Part shown: positions 1 to 11,486 of the stretch, piece after piece
Position numbering within the stretch: position 1 is the first letter of the stretch
Layout of the letters: each line of letters opens with the position of its first letter
Source: Escherichia coli
GTDB lineage: Bacteria; Pseudomonadota; Gammaproteobacteria; Enterobacterales; Enterobacteriaceae
NCBI RefSeq assembly: GCF_001677475.2
Contig: NZ_CP015229.1
Strand: one strand, 5' to 3'
Length of the DNA stretch: 64,000 bases
The notes under the pieces: model-generated
What the model was told of the DNA's origin: nothing
The model's database searches: none
What the model saw: the letters and a program-made list of their open reading frames with translations, nothing else
Position numbers and translations under genes: made by a program

Positions 1-490
1 GTTCCGGGTCTAATCCTGCTTTCTTGAAGGCGTCTTTGTTGTAATAGAGTACGGGGGTCGAGCTGTTGAACGGCTGGGAGAGTAAGTGGCCCGTTTTGCT
101 GTCGGAGTAGTAACCGGAAACCGTCGGCACAAACTGCGATTCATCGAATTGAATCCCCGCCTCTTTAAACACGTCATATACCGGTTTAATGGCTTTCGAC
201 GCCATCATGGTGGCGGTGCCAACTTCATAAACCTGCAAAATAGCCGGAGCGTTGCCGGTACGAAATGCGGCAATCCCCGCGCTTAAATTCTGTTCGTAGT
301 TGCCTTTATAGGTCGGTACAATTTTGTAATCCGGGTTTTCGGCGTTAAAACGTTGGGCCAGAGAATCCACCTCTTTACCCAGTTCCCCTTCCATAGAATG
401 CCAGAACGGAATGGTCGTCACTGCCTGTGCATTCCCCATTAACGCCAGTCCGAGCGCCAGTGCTGAAGCTGTATAATGTAACGGTTTCAT
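1..490 (-). CDS. ugpB: sn-glycerol-3-phosphate ABC transporter periplasmic binding protein, N-terminal part (gene continues beyond window start)
   Basis: Reverse translation from ATG at 490-488 gives [23 protein letters not shown]..., the UgpB signal peptide; absent from ORF track because it is cut by the window edge; synteny upstream of livF. Confidence 0.6.
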   Translation of the reverse strand, partial: MKPLHYTASALALGLALMGNAQAVTTIPFWHSMEGELGKEVDSLAQRFNAENPDYKIVPTYKGNYEQNLSAGIAAFRTGNAPAILQVYEVGTATMMASKAIKPVYDVFKEAGIQFDESQFVPTVSGYYSDSKTGHLLSQPFNSSTPVLYYNKDAFKKAGLDPE

Positions 491-728
491 CGTTTATCTC
501 TCTTGTTGTACCGAATGCGCGAATTCACGCGTTTTATGCTCGCGGGGTAACATGACATGCTCGAATTACAGAAAAATAACTTTTTTGTTACATTTGTAAG
601 ATAGTAAGGTGTCAGAAAGATGACAAGGCAGTGACGGCGCGGGTGAGGGAAAATGGGAGATGGGACACGGATAAGCGGGAAAATATAGAAGGTCTGAATC
701 AAACTCTACAGATTGCTCATCGTTTCAT

Positions 729-828
729 GCCGGATGCAGCGTAAACGCCTTATCTGGCCTACAAGATCGTACAAATTCAACATATTGCCACTCACCCAGT
801 AGGCCTGATAAGCGCAGCGCATCAGGCA
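729..828. repeat. REP/BIME-type extragenic palindromic repeats (two inverted REP units) in ugpB-livF intergenic region
   Basis: gccggatgcagcgtaaacgccttatctggcctac and inverted gtaggcctgataagcgcagcgcatcaggca match the E. coli REP consensus. Confidence 0.6.
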
Positions 829-888
829 TTTTTACATTTGTCAGCTGTCTCAAAGGAGTCTTTTGACTCCTTATCAATCAACGTGTTA

Positions 889-1602
889 TTACCCGCCTAA
901 ATACGCGCTTCTCACCGCTTCGTTCGCCAGCAGTGCGTCGCCGGTATCGGAGAGCACCACATGGCCGTTTTCCAGCACGTAGCCGCGATCCGCCAGCTTT
1001 AGCGCCTGGTTAGCGTTCTGCTCGACGAGGAAGATAGTCATCCCCTGCTCGCGCAGCTGCTCGATGGTGTCGAAAATTTGCTGAATGATAATCGGCGCAA
1101 GGCCGAGCGATGGCTCATCAAGCAACAACAAACGCGGGTTGCTCATCAGCGCACGACCAATCGCCAGCATCTGCTGCTCACCGCCGGACATGGTGCCCGC
1201 CCGCTGAACACGGCGTTCATGGAGACGCGGAAACAGTTCATACACCCACTTTATGCGTTCCTGGAACTGGTCGCGTTCGGCAAAAAAGCCGCCCATCGCC
1301 AGGTTCTCTTCCACCGTCATCCGCGAGAAGACGCGACGCCCTTCCGGGACAATCGCTACCGCTTCGCGCATGATTTTCGCCGTCTGCCAGTCGGTAATGT
1401 CTTTATCATCAAACACAATTCGCCCGCTGGTGGCGCGCGGATCGCCGCATAACGTGCCGAGCAAGGTGGTTTTCCCCGCCCCGTTCGCGCCAATCAGCGT
1501 GACAATCTCGCCCTGATTGATATGCAGGCTCACCTCATGCAGCGCCTGGATTTTGCCGTAGTGGGCGCTGACTTTGTCAAAGGACAACATGACTTTTTCC
1601 AT
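889..1602 (-). CDS. livF: branched-chain amino acid ABC transporter ATP-binding protein LivF
   Basis: ORF 889..1614; Walker A GANGAGKTT, LSGGEQQ signature; likely start at MEKVMLSFDKV (237 aa) overlapping livG stop. Confidence 0.9.
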   Translation of the reverse strand: MEKVMLSFDKVSAHYGKIQALHEVSLHINQGEIVTLIGANGAGKTTLLGTLCGDPRATSGRIVFDDKDITDWQTAKIMREAVAIVPEGRRVFSRMTVEENLAMGGFFAERDQFQERIKWVYELFPRLHERRVQRAGTMSGGEQQMLAIGRALMSNPRLLLLDEPSLGLAPIIIQQIFDTIEQLREQGMTIFLVEQNANQALKLADRGYVLENGHVVLSDTGDALLANEAVRSAYLGG

Positions 1603-1603
1603 C

Positions 1604-2371
1604 TTATGCCTCACCTAAATAGGCACGGATCACGTCCGGGTTATTACGGATCTGCTCCGGCGTACCGTTTGCCAGCGGCGTCCCCTGATTGACCACGTAA
1701 ATTCGGTCCGAAATTCCCATCACCAGCTTCATATCGTGTTCAATCAACAAGATAGTGGTGTTGTGATGGTTACGCAGTTCGGCAATCAGCTCATCCAGCT
1801 CTTTGGTCTCTTTCGGATTAAGACCTGCTGCCGGTTCGTCGAGCATTAAAATCTCCGGCTGCGTCACCATGCAGCGGGCAATTTCAAGACGGCGTTGGTC
1901 ACCGTAGGCCAGGTTACTCGCCTGGCGGTTAGCATGTTCCAGCAAACCAATGCGCTCAAGCCAGGTCGCGGCCCGGTCTAGCGCTTCACTCTGGGCGCGA
2001 CGGAAAGAGGGCGTTTTCAGCAGGCCAGAGAACAGCCCGGTTTTCAGTTGTTGATGCTGCGCCACCAGCAGGTTTTCAATTACCGTCATTTCACGGAACA
2101 GACGCACATGCTGGAAGGTGCGCACCACGCCCATGCGGGCAATTTGCTGCCCCGGTAAACCTTCCAGGTGCTGATCGCGCAGTAAAATGGTGCCGCCGGT
2201 GGGTTTGTAGAATCCGGTCAGGCAGTTGAAGACCGTGGTTTTTCCGGCACCGTTAGGGCCGATTAACGAGACGATCTCCTGCGGGTACAGTTCGAGATTG
2301 ACGTTGTTCACCGCCAGCAGGCCGCCGAAGCGCATCATCAGGCCGTTAACGGATAATAATGGCTGACTCAT
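1604..2371 (-). CDS. livG: branched-chain amino acid ABC transporter ATP-binding protein LivG
   Basis: 255-aa [12 protein letters not shown] Walker A, ABC signature; operon position between livM and livF. Confidence 0.9.
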   Translation of the reverse strand: MSQPLLSVNGLMMRFGGLLAVNNVNLELYPQEIVSLIGPNGAGKTTVFNCLTGFYKPTGGTILLRDQHLEGLPGQQIARMGVVRTFQHVRLFREMTVIENLLVAQHQQLKTGLFSGLLKTPSFRRAQSEALDRAATWLERIGLLEHANRQASNLAYGDQRRLEIARCMVTQPEILMLDEPAAGLNPKETKELDELIAELRNHHNTTILLIEHDMKLVMGISDRIYVVNQGTPLANGTPEQIRNNPDVIRAYLGEA

Positions 2372-3645
2372 GCCTGCTCTCCTTTCGCTGCGCCGTTTTT
2401 CAGCTTCAGTTGCGGGCGCGTCATGGGCAGCAAGCCCTGCGGACGCCAGATCATCATCAGCACCATCAAACCACCGAGCATTAACATGCTGTATTCGTTG
2501 AAATCACGCATCAATTCGCGCGACACCACCAGCAAAATTGCCGCCAGAATTACCGCAAATTGCGAGCCCATACCGCCGAGCACCACTATCGCCAGCACAA
2601 ACGCCGATTCGGCAAAGGTGAAGGATTCCGGGCTGACAAAGCCCTGACGCGCAGCAAACAGCGTTCCGGCAAAACCGGCAAACGCGGCACTGATGGTAAA
2701 GGCAGTCAGCTTGATACGACGCGGGCTTAAGCCCAGCGAACGGCAGGCGATCTCGTCTTCACGCAACGCTTCCCAAGCACGACCCAGCGGCATCCGCAGC
2801 AGGCGGTTAATGACAAACAGGCTTAATACCACCAGCAGCAACGCCACCAGGTACAGGAAGATAACGCGATCGGAGGGATCGTATTTCAGGCCAAAGAAAT
2901 TACTGAACGTGTCCCAGCCGCCTTCACGGGCGGTACGGCTGAACTCAAGGCCGAAGAAGGTCGGTTTCGGGATCTGACTGATGCCGTTCGGGCCGCCGGT
3001 GATTTCAGTGTTATTGAGCAGCAATATGCGCACAATTTCACCGAAACCGAGGGTAACGATCGCCAGATAGTCACCGCGCAGACGCAGCACCGGAAAACCG
3101 AGCAGAAAGCCCGCCGCCGCTGCCATTAATCCGGCAATCGGCAGGCAAGTCCAGAAGCCAAGGCCGTAATAGTGATTGAGCAGCGCAAAGGTGTAAGCGC
3201 CGATGGCGTAAAAGCCGCCGTAACCGAGCACCAGCAAACCAGAAAGCCCTACCACCACGTTCAGCCCGAGGCCGAGGATAATGTAGATCATGGTCAGAGT
3301 GGCAATATCCACCGTCCCGCGTGAAACCATAAACGGCCACGCCACCGCAAGCACCAACAGCGCCACGAGGAACAGTTTCTGCTTCACCGTGGAGCCATCA
3401 ATCGCGGGCAGAATAAACTTCGGCCCGGAAACGCTTTTTAGCCCTTTCTGGAAAGCCGGTCGCAAAAGCTGGAAGAAAAAGACCACCGCCGTGCCGATAA
3501 ACACCCACTGCCAACGGATCTCTGAAGCCGTGTCGACCACCAGTTTGGTGCCATCCAGCTCCAGTTGCACGCCCATAAAGACGCCCGCCAGGACAAAGAA
3601 CATAGCGGCAGAGAGCAGCGCCATTGCAATATGCATCGGTTTCAT
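2368..3645 (-). CDS. livM: branched-chain amino acid ABC transporter permease LivM
   Basis: 425-aa polytopic membrane ORF, 4-bp overlaps with livH and livG. Confidence 0.9.
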   Translation of the reverse strand: MKPMHIAMALLSAAMFFVLAGVFMGVQLELDGTKLVVDTASEIRWQWVFIGTAVVFFFQLLRPAFQKGLKSVSGPKFILPAIDGSTVKQKLFLVALLVLAVAWPFMVSRGTVDIATLTMIYIILGLGLNVVVGLSGLLVLGYGGFYAIGAYTFALLNHYYGLGFWTCLPIAGLMAAAAGFLLGFPVLRLRGDYLAIVTLGFGEIVRILLLNNTEITGGPNGISQIPKPTFFGLEFSRTAREGGWDTFSNFFGLKYDPSDRVIFLYLVALLLVVLSLFVINRLLRMPLGRAWEALREDEIACRSLGLSPRRIKLTAFTISAAFAGFAGTLFAARQGFVSPESFTFAESAFVLAIVVLGGMGSQFAVILAAILLVVSRELMRDFNEYSMLMLGGLMVLMMIWRPQGLLPMTRPQLKLKNGAAKGEQA

Positions 3646-4568
3646 ACTTTCTCTACCTCCGGGCGACCCAGAATACCGGTCGGCATCACCAGCAACACCA
3701 GAATCAGCAGGGCGAATGAGACCACATCTTTATATTCCGTACTCAGATAGGCAGAAGAGAGCGCTTCCGCAATCCCCAGAATCAGGCCGCCAATCATCGC
3801 TCCCGGAATGCTGCCAATCCCACCGAGCACCGCAGCGGTAAAGGCTTTCATCCCGGCCATAAAGCCGATGTAGGGGTTAATTACGCCGTAGAACTGACCG
3901 AGCAGCACACCCGCCACCGCCGCCATCGCCGCGCCAATCACAAAGGTCAGCGCAATCACCCGATCGGTGTTGATGCCAAGCAGGCTCGCCATTTTCAGAT
4001 CTTCCGCGCAGGCACGACACGCGCGCCCCATACGGGAATAGCGAATGAAAATCGTCAGCGCCAGCATGGCGAGGAAGGTAACAATCCAAATCACCGCCTG
4101 CATGGTGGTAATAGAGGCAGAGAAGTTTTCGCTATGGCCCACCACCCACTGACCGTTAAATAGGCTCGGCAGCGCCACGTCGCGCGAACCTTCGGTCAGG
4201 CTGACGTAGTTTTGCAGGAAGATGGACATACCGATTGCCGAGATGAGTGCAATCAGGCGCTTAGAGTTACGCACCGGGCGATAGGCCACCCGTTCGATAC
4301 TCCAGCCGTAGGCGCTGGCGATGACTATCGCGCCGACGAATCCCGCCGCCACCAGCAGCCAGCCGGTATCAATGCCCATCATCATCAGCGCGGCGATGAT
4401 CATAAATGAGACGTAGCTGCCGATCATGTAAACCTCGCCGTGGGCGAAGTTGATCATGCCGATAATGCCGTAAACCATGGTGTAGCCGATGGCTATCAGC
4501 GCGTAGGTACTGCCAAGCGTGACGCCGTTAAACATCTGCTGCAAGAAATACAAAAACTGCTCAGACAT
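3642..4568 (-). CDS. livH: branched-chain amino acid ABC transporter permease LivH
   Basis: 308-aa hydrophobic ORF, first permease of the liv operon. Confidence 0.9.
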   Translation of the reverse strand: MSEQFLYFLQQMFNGVTLGSTYALIAIGYTMVYGIIGMINFAHGEVYMIGSYVSFMIIAALMMMGIDTGWLLVAAGFVGAIVIASAYGWSIERVAYRPVRNSKRLIALISAIGMSIFLQNYVSLTEGSRDVALPSLFNGQWVVGHSENFSASITTMQAVIWIVTFLAMLALTIFIRYSRMGRACRACAEDLKMASLLGINTDRVIALTFVIGAAMAAVAGVLLGQFYGVINPYIGFMAGMKAFTAAVLGGIGSIPGAMIGGLILGIAEALSSAYLSTEYKDVVSFALLILVLLVMPTGILGRPEVEKV

Positions 4569-4615
4569 AAGGTAACCTTTCTAAACCCGCCCGCATTTCA
4601 CGGGCGGTGGGATGA

Positions 4616-5725
4616 TCACTTGGCTGCCGTGGATGAACCGTCGGCGTGCCACTGGAAGACACCAAAATCAAATCCCTTAAGATCGCCTTTTTCATCCCAG
4701 TTCAGCGGCCCAATCACGGTGTTTGCACCGTTAGCTTTTAAATCTTTCACCAGCGCCAGCGGCTCATCGCTGCCGGTACGTTCAAGGGCAGTTGCCAGAG
4801 ATTGCACCGCCGCGTAGGTGATCCAGACATAAGGCCCGGACGGATCTTTCTTGTCTGCTTTCAGCGCATCAACGATGCCCTGGTTTGCCGGATCCTGGTC
4901 ATAGCGTTTTGGCATAGTGACCAACATGCCTTCGGCAGCATCGCCAGCAATATTCGACAGCGACGCATTACCCACACCTTCCGGCCCCATAAACTGGGTT
5001 TTCAGGCCAACGGAACGCGCCTGGCGCAGCATCTGCCCCATTTCCGGGTAGTAACCGCCGTAGTAAACAAAGTCGATGTTTTCTTTTTTCAGGCGGGCGA
5101 TCAGCGCGGAAAAATCTTTCTCGCCAGCGGTAATGCCGTCGAAGAAGACGACGTTGGCGTTAGCCACTTTCAGCCCGTCCTGCACCGAACGTGCCAGCCC
5201 TTCGCCATACTGTTGTTTGTCGTGAATGATGGCGATGCGCTGGGGCTTCACCGTCTCAAGAATGTATTTTGCCGCCGTTGGCCCCTGGGAGGAGTCCAGC
5301 CCGGCAGTGCGCATGATGTATTGATAGCCGCGTTGGGTCAGCTCCGGGTTGGTCGCGCCCGGTGAGATCATCAGGATACCTTCATCTTCATAGATATCTG
5401 ACGCAGGCTGGGTAGAAGAAGAACACAGATGACCGATAACGTATTTAATGCCGTCGTTAACGATTTTGTTGGCGACCGCAACGGCTTGTTTCGGGTCGCA
5501 GGCGTCGTCATATTCCACGCCAATCAGCTTGTCGCCCTTAATTCCCCCTTTGGCATTAATGTCTTTAATCGCCTGACGCGCGCCGTTAAATTCCATATCG
5601 CCCCACTGGGCAATCGGGCCGGACATCGCGCCGACAACGGCAACTTTAATATCGTCGGCTAAAGCGGTGTGTGATATTGCCAGTGCAATCATCCCTGCGA
5701 TGATAGTTTTCGCATTCCGTTTCAT
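4616..5725 (-). CDS. livK: leucine-specific periplasmic binding protein LivK
   Basis: ORF 4616..5779; mature start [37 protein letters not shown] suggests 369 aa; paralog of livJ. Confidence 0.85.
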   Translation of the reverse strand: MKRNAKTIIAGMIALAISHTALADDIKVAVVGAMSGPIAQWGDMEFNGARQAIKDINAKGGIKGDKLIGVEYDDACDPKQAVAVANKIVNDGIKYVIGHLCSSSTQPASDIYEDEGILMISPGATNPELTQRGYQYIMRTAGLDSSQGPTAAKYILETVKPQRIAIIHDKQQYGEGLARSVQDGLKVANANVVFFDGITAGEKDFSALIARLKKENIDFVYYGGYYPEMGQMLRQARSVGLKTQFMGPEGVGNASLSNIAGDAAEGMLVTMPKRYDQDPANQGIVDALKADKKDPSGPYVWITYAAVQSLATALERTGSDEPLALVKDLKANGANTVIGPLNWDEKGDLKGFDFGVFQWHADGSSTAAK

Positions 5726-6148
5726 AGTCAAAAATCCCCATTCGTGATGTTGTGTTGCTTTGTTTTTATGTGTTAACAAATCAGACTGTTCTTTTTTTAT
5801 ACTGCACTGTTTTTGCCTGTTTGATTAAGGGTTTAGCGCAGTATTTTGTGATAATAGCGATTAAAATCCCTATTTTTCAGTCGATTAAGAACAGATAATA
5901 TTCTGAATTTATTGATAGATAAACAGAAAAAAGCGCCGTTGTCAGCATAAAATAACGGCACAAAGGGCGGAATAATTCACTACCATTCAGGGGATTATGC
6001 TGGGTATTTTTCATTCTCTAATGTTTTAACTTTGTAATTATTGCTGAAAAAAAATTAATCACCTGCCAAAAGAAATAAAAAAGAGAAAGCCTCCGATTAA
6101 ATTATTTCGCTACACTGGTTCCACTTTTGTGATTTACACGGGTTACCC

Positions 6149-6532
6149 ATGAAGCTGACCATCATTCGATTAGAAAAATTTAGCGACCAGGACCGGATTG
6201 ACCTGCAAAAGATCTGGCCGGAGTATTCCCCTTCCTCGTTACAGGTTGACGATAACCACCGTATCTACGCCGCGCGTTTTAACGAGCGCCTGCTCGCTGC
6301 CGTACGGGTAACCTTAAGCGGCACCGAGGGAGCACTGGATTCCCTGCGCGTGCGGGAAGTCACTCGACGTCGCGGTGTGGGGCAATATCTGCTGGAAGAG
6401 GTTTTGCGTAACAATCCTGGCGTTTCATGCTGGTGGATGGCGGATGCAGGCGTGGAAGATCGCGGTGTGATGACGGCGTTTATGCAGGCACTGGGATTTA
6501 CGGCACAGCAGGGCGGCTGGGAGAAGCGTTAA
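6149..6532 (+). CDS. panZ: PanD maturation factor PanZ/PanM (GNAT fold)
   Basis: 127-aa ORF MKLTIIRLEKFSDQDRIDLQKIWPEYSPSSLQ... matching E. coli YhhK/PanZ, between livK and livJ. Confidence 0.8.
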   Translation: MKLTIIRLEKFSDQDRIDLQKIWPEYSPSSLQVDDNHRIYAARFNERLLAAVRVTLSGTEGALDSLRVREVTRRRGVGQYLLEEVLRNNPGVSCWWMADAGVEDRGVMTAFMQALGFTAQQGGWEKR

Positions 6533-6732
6533 TCGCTCTGTGTAAAAAGCAGTTCAATGGATTTGGTTGGGAAAAATAACGCATTTTCGTTTTCCCCGAC
6601 TAAAGGGATAAAGCCCAGCGATTTATAAAACGTATGGGCTTTTTCATTCAGCGCCTCGACAAAAAGACCGTGAATACCTACCGCTAAAGAGGCTGACCAG
6701 ACGACTTTCATGGCATGAGCAACAACTAGCGT
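6529..6732 (-). pseudogene. GNAT-family acetyltransferase toxin (TacT-like) C-terminal remnant
   Basis: Only the last ~60 codons of a GNAT fold remain (GIHGLFVEALNEKAHTFYKSLGFIPL); lies in the same frame immediately after the stop of the upstream DUF1778 ORF; N-terminal two-thirds missing. Confidence 0.5.
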
Positions 6733-7041
6733 TCAATCACCAGTTATCCCGGAAAACACCTCAAGTTGTTTTGCTGAGCGTTGTAATTTTTCGCCAGGTG
6801 AAGGCGATTTACCCAGTGCATCCATCACTCGCGCCCATGAAGTCTCATTAAGTATTATGCGCTGATGTTGTTCAATAATTTCTAACGCCTGCAGGTGAGC
6901 GCTACTCAATATAAACTGGCTTAAGGACTGTTGGGATATCGCAGCTGCCGTTTCAAACAAACATTTATCATCATCAGTTAAAGACAGCGCAATATGCTGA
7001 TTTTCAACAACAGACATAGTGATTTCCCTTCCACTCATCAA
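6733..7041 (-). CDS. DUF1778 (TacA-like) type II antitoxin, apparently orphaned
   Basis: 102-aa ORF with LSLTDDDKCLFETAAAISQQSLSQFILSS and PSPGEKLQRSAKQL segments resembling RHH/DUF1778 antitoxins that pair with GNAT toxins; exact start uncertain. Confidence 0.55.
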   Translation of the reverse strand: MMSGREITMSVVENQHIALSLTDDDKCLFETAAAISQQSLSQFILSSAHLQALEIIEQHQRIILNETSWARVMDALGKSPSPGEKLQRSAKQLEVFSGITGD

Positions 7042-7195
7042 ATGTACGAAATACTATCGAGTCTCCAGCATAACTCAATTGATCAATCTTTCTACAACCA
7101 TTTCGACAAACATAAAAAACCCGATGGCAGTGCAGCGCATCGGGCATTTTCATTTACGAGATTGCTGGCAAACTAGCTCACTTATTAATACGGGT

Positions 7196-7250
7196 ACGGT
7201 TTTACCCCTCACCCTAACCCTCTCCCCGAAGGGGCGAGGGGACTGTCCGA
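7196..7250. repeat. GC-rich intergenic palindromic repeat unit (second inverted copy at 17417-17462)
   Basis: cccctcaccctaaccctctccccgaaggggcgaggggac recurs reverse-complemented downstream of zntA. Confidence 0.5.
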
Positions 7251-7290
7251 GCGCTTTTGAACTTTGTCATCAATCTGATTTATCTGACAA

Positions 7291-8394
7291 TTACTTCGCA
7301 TCGGTCGCCGTGCCGTTGGCGTGCCAGTCAAATACGCCGAACTCAAAGCCTTTCAGATCGCCTTTCTCATCCCACGTCAGCGGCCCCATCACCGTATCAA
7401 CCGAGTTCGCTTTCAGGTATTTGGCGATCTCCGCCGGATCGTCAGACTGATTCAGCCCCGCCTGCAAAGATTGCAGCGCCGCGTAGGTGGTCCAGACGAA
7501 TGCGCCGCTTGGATCCTGTTTTTTCGCTTTGATCGCGTCAACAATCGGTTTGTTCGCCGGAACCTGATCGTAGTTCTTCGGCTTGGTCACCAGCAGTCCT
7601 TCCGCTGACTCGCCCGCGATATTAGACAGCGAGACGTTAGCCACACCTTCCGGCCCCATAAACTGAGTTTTCAGCCCCGCCGCGCGCGCCTGACGCAGGA
7701 TCTGCCCCATTTCCGGGTGATAACCGCCGTAGTAAACGAAGTCGATATTCTCTTTCTTCAGGCGTGCCACCAGCGTCGAGAAATCTTTTTCCCCGGCGGT
7801 GATGCCATCAAAGAACACTACGTTAGCATTGCCTTTCTTCAGGCCGTCCTGCACCGCACGCGCCAGACCTTCGCCGTACTGTTGTTTGTCGTGAACGATA
7901 GCAATACGCTGCGGTTTCACTTTCTCAAGAATATATTTTGCCGCCGTCGGCCCCTGGTCGGAATCCAGGCCGGTGGTGCGCAGGATCAGCTGATAGCCAC
8001 GGGCAGTCAGCTCTGGCGCGGTTGCCGCTGGGGTGATCATTAAAATGCCTTCGTCTTCATAAATGTCAGACGCTGGCTGTGTTGATGAAGAACAGAGGTG
8101 ACCAATGACATATTTAATGCCGTCGTTAACCACTTTGTTCGCCACCGCGACGGCCTGTTTCGGGTCACAGGCATCGTCATATTTTACGATTTGCAGTTTA
8201 TTGCCTTTAATGCCGCCTTTAGCGTTGATATCCGCAACCGCCTGCTCTGCGCCGGTAAACTCCTGATCGCCGTACTGCGCAACCGGACCGGACATTGCGC
8301 CCACGACGGCGACTTTAATATCTTCTGCCAGAGCCATATTGCTGAATGCCAGCGCGATACATCCTGCCAGTAACGCTTTACCCTTTATGTTCAT
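7291..8394 (-). CDS. livJ: Leu/Ile/Val periplasmic binding protein LivJ
   Basis: ORF 7291..8451; likely start [37 protein letters not shown] (367 aa); strong identity to livK product. Confidence 0.85.
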   Translation of the reverse strand: MNIKGKALLAGCIALAFSNMALAEDIKVAVVGAMSGPVAQYGDQEFTGAEQAVADINAKGGIKGNKLQIVKYDDACDPKQAVAVANKVVNDGIKYVIGHLCSSSTQPASDIYEDEGILMITPAATAPELTARGYQLILRTTGLDSDQGPTAAKYILEKVKPQRIAIVHDKQQYGEGLARAVQDGLKKGNANVVFFDGITAGEKDFSTLVARLKKENIDFVYYGGYHPEMGQILRQARAAGLKTQFMGPEGVANVSLSNIAGESAEGLLVTKPKNYDQVPANKPIVDAIKAKKQDPSGAFVWTTYAALQSLQAGLNQSDDPAEIAKYLKANSVDTVMGPLTWDEKGDLKGFEFGVFDWHANGTATDAK

Positions 8395-8610
8395 CCTGAG
8401 AATCCCCATTCTTCTGGTTATTACGTGTGTTGTGATGTTGTTGTTCAGCACTTTATTTCGTTTTATGCATGACTACCCGTGCTTTAGCAGCATACTCTGC
8501 TAAAACATACCCGATTTTTATGATATTGGAATAGCTATTTTGACAGTTTATTAACAATCTGCGTGGGGATTGGCGTTTTGCCGGAGGGGGAAACTGATTA
8601 TTGCAGAGGC

Positions 8611-8644
8611 CCAAAAAACAAAAACCCCGGATTCTCATCCAGGG
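8611..8644 (-). terminator. rho-independent terminator of rpoH
   Basis: Minus-strand RNA CCCUGGAU-GAGA-AUCCGGGG hairpin followed by UUUUUGUUUUUUG, 22 bp after the rpoH stop. Confidence 0.6.
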
Positions 8645-8665
8645 TTCTCTGCTTAGTAGCGGAAA

Positions 8666-9520
8666 TTACGCTTCAATGGCAGCGCGAAGTTTTTTCATCG
8701 CGTTCTTTTCCAGCTGGCGCACACGCTCAGCGGAAACACCGTAACGGTCAGCCAGTTCCTGCAACGTGGACTTGTTGTCTTCGTCCAGCCAGCGCGCGCG
8801 GATGATATCCTGGCTACGCTCGTCCAGACCTTGCATCGCGTCGGTCAGACGGTTTGCCGCCTGCTCTTCCCAGTTATCATCTTCGATGCCGTCGGCAAAG
8901 TTAGATGATTTATCCTGCAGATAGAGCACCGGTGCCATCGGCTGGCTGTCGGAATCGTCGTCGGAAGACAGGTCAAAGGTCATGTCCTGTGCCGCCATAC
9001 GTGATTCCATCTCACGTACGTCTTTGCTGGTTACGCCCAGTTCACGGGCCACCATTTCGACTTCATCCTGGTTAAACCAGCCCAGACGCTGCTTGGTTTT
9101 ACGCAGGTTGAAGAACAGTTTGCGCTGCGCTTTGGTGGTCGCAACTTTGACGATACGCCAGTTACGCAGAACGTATTCGTGGATCTCTGCTTTGATCCAG
9201 TGAACGGCGAAGGAGACCAGGCGCACACCCACTTCCGGGTTGAAACGGCGCACTGCTTTCATCAGGCCGATGTTACCTTCCTGAATCAAATCCGCCTGTG
9301 GCAGGCCATAGCCCGCATAATTACGAGCAATATGAACAACAAACCGCAGGTGAGACAGGATCAGCGTTTTAGCTGCTTCCAGATCGCCATGGTAATGCAG
9401 CTTTTCAGCCAGCGCCCGCTCCTCGTCAGCCGACAACATCGGCCACGCGTTAGCTGCCCGGATGTAGGAATCCAGGTTGCCAACTGGGGCTAAAGCTAAA
9501 CTTTGCATTTTGTCAGTCAT
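8666..9520 (-). CDS. rpoH: RNA polymerase sigma-32 (heat-shock sigma factor RpoH)
   Basis: 284-aa [54 protein letters not shown]...; sigma-70 family regions 2 and 4. Confidence 0.95.
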   Translation of the reverse strand: MTDKMQSLALAPVGNLDSYIRAANAWPMLSADEERALAEKLHYHGDLEAAKTLILSHLRFVVHIARNYAGYGLPQADLIQEGNIGLMKAVRRFNPEVGVRLVSFAVHWIKAEIHEYVLRNWRIVKVATTKAQRKLFFNLRKTKQRLGWFNQDEVEMVARELGVTSKDVREMESRMAAQDMTFDLSSDDDSDSQPMAPVLYLQDKSSNFADGIEDDNWEEQAANRLTDAMQGLDERSQDIIRARWLDEDNKSTLQELADRYGVSAERVRQLEKNAMKKLRAAIEA

Positions 9521-9613
9521 TCAAATCCTCTCAATCGATATCTTCTGGCGCTTCAGTGGTAGCAACAACTGTGCCAGAGCTTAAGAGCAACGAGGTTATC
9601 ATTCACTGTTTTA

Positions 9614-9640
9614 TCAGACCGTGATTTTATCCACAAGTTC
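9614..9640 (-). promoter_or_regulatory. sigma-E-type promoter upstream of rpoH (P3-like)
   Basis: Minus-strand GAACTT-N16-TCTGA, matching the sigma-E -35/-10 consensus, about 90 bp upstream of the rpoH start. Confidence 0.5.
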
Positions 9641-9764
9641 AATGCAAGCTTGTGAATAAATTACGCACAAAATGTGACATAGAGATGAAATACCGGGAAG
9701 AGACAACGGGGTCTCTTTCCCTGCTACGGAACCCATTGCAGGGAAAGAGTATAACACGCTTTTA

Positions 9765-10823
9765 TTATTCAGGCGTAAAGTGGCGTAAATGTTGTACCGT
9801 GGCAAGCCACGCTGCCACCCAGCCAATCATCGAGCATACCAGCAGCAATAGCAGGCATTCATCGAACGATAAACCATTGATATCAAACTTCGTTCCGAAA
9901 ACCTGTGCCACTTCCGCAACCGCCGATGACAATCGCAGTACCAGAATTTCTGACAAAATTAGTGACAACAATGCGCCAGAAAACCCCAGCAATGCGCCAC
10001 CATACAGGAACGGGCGCAGGATGAAACCATCCGTTGCACCAATCAGTTTCTGCACGTTAATGGAGTCACGACGAGCAAAGATACTCAGGCGTACACTGTT
10101 ACCGATGACGAGGAACACTGCCGCCACCATCAACACGCCGATCATCGCCGAAACGCGCCCGACCAGCCCGGTCAACGCCGCCAGACGGGCAAACCAGCTG
10201 TCATCCATCCGCACTTCGTCAATGCCGTTAATCTGCGTGATACGATCACGCAGCGTATTGAGTGATTCCGTCCCCTGAAAATCGAGTTTCGGGATCACCA
10301 CCGCCACTGCCGGAAGCGGGTTTTCTTCCAGCATATCCAGCGCACCACCAAAACCAGACCAGTTACGGAACTCGCCCAGTGCGTCTTCACGAGAAAGATA
10401 GTTCACTTTCTCCACGCCTTGCTCGGCCTGCAACTGTGCCACCACGCCCGCAGCGGCGTCATCGTCCAGCGTTTTTTGCAGATAAACAGTGATTTGCGGT
10501 GACGGATAATACTGCGTCGCCGCCTGATTAACGTTTTTGTACACCATATAACAGACGCTGGGCAGCGTCAGGGAGATGGCGATAACCATCACCGTTAAAA
10601 ATGTGGCGAACGGTTTGCTTTTCAGATCCTGCAATGCGCCGTGGAAGGCATAGCGCACCTGTTCGTTGAAAACGTTGGTTTTGCGATTAACCGGTTTTGG
10701 CGAGGATTTCGCGCGTTTCGGCGCGTTACGACCGCCGTCGCCAGAGCCGCCGACCGATTTACGGAAGCGATCAAGACGCCCGCCAAACTGCCGAATATGA
10801 TTGATTGCATCGCGCTTATTCAT
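9765..10823 (-). CDS. ftsX: cell division ABC transporter permease-like protein FtsX
   Basis: ORF 9765..10850; likely start [15 protein letters not shown] (352 aa) overlapping ftsE stop. Confidence 0.9.
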
Positions 10824-11484
10824 GGCCCACGCCTCCATGCAAGTGACCATCGCTCAGGGTGAGCATGCGATAGGAACGCCGCGAAATCAGGTTGATGTCG
10901 TGCGTTGCCATCAATACGGTTACCCCAACGCGGTTAAACTCTTCAAACAGACGTAAAATGCCTTCCGACAGCGCGTCGTCCAGGTTACCGGTCGGTTCGT
11001 CCGCCAGAAGTACCGCAGGCTTGTTCACCACCGCGCGGGCAATGCCAACACGCTGTTGTTCACCGCCGGAAAGCTGAATAGGAAAGTTCTTCGCTTTGTC
11101 CAGTAGCCCGACTTTATCCAGTGCCGCCGATACACGACGACGAATATCGTCACCGCTGGCACCGGCGATAATCAGCGGGATCGCCACGTTATCGTAGACA
11201 GTACGGTCCATCAGTAGATGGTGATCCTGGAAAATCATGCCAATCTGGCGGCGCAGAAACGGAACTTCACGGTTTTTCAGACGCGTGATGTCATGGCCGC
11301 TAAACCAGATTTTCCCGGCGCTGGGCCGCTCAATCCCACAGATCAGCTTCAGGAGGGTACTTTTCCCTGCGCCGGAATGACCGGTCAGAAACGCCATCTC
11401 ACCCGGCTGCATATGGAACGTAACGCCCTGCAGCGCCTGTCTCCCACCGAGATAAGCCTTGCTGACATGTTCAAAGCGAATCAT
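10816..11484 (-). CDS. ftsE: cell division ATP-binding protein FtsE
   Basis: 222-aa [12 protein letters not shown] Walker A, LSGGEQQR signature. Confidence 0.95.
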
Positions 11485-11486
11485 TG

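Noticed and set aside
487..702. 71-aa minus-strand ORF in the ugpB-livF intergenic region
   Set aside because: Overlaps the ugpB start region in a different frame and runs into REP repeats; low-complexity product; the real ugpB start is the ATG at 490-488.
1078..1516. Three overlapping plus-strand ORFs (124, 87 and 87 aa) inside livF
   Set aside because: Antisense shadow ORFs within a well-supported ABC ATPase gene; no motifs or RBS context.
9652..10278. 208-aa plus-strand ORF
   Set aside because: Starts in the rpoH-ftsX intergenic region and runs antisense into ftsX; no recognisable domain.
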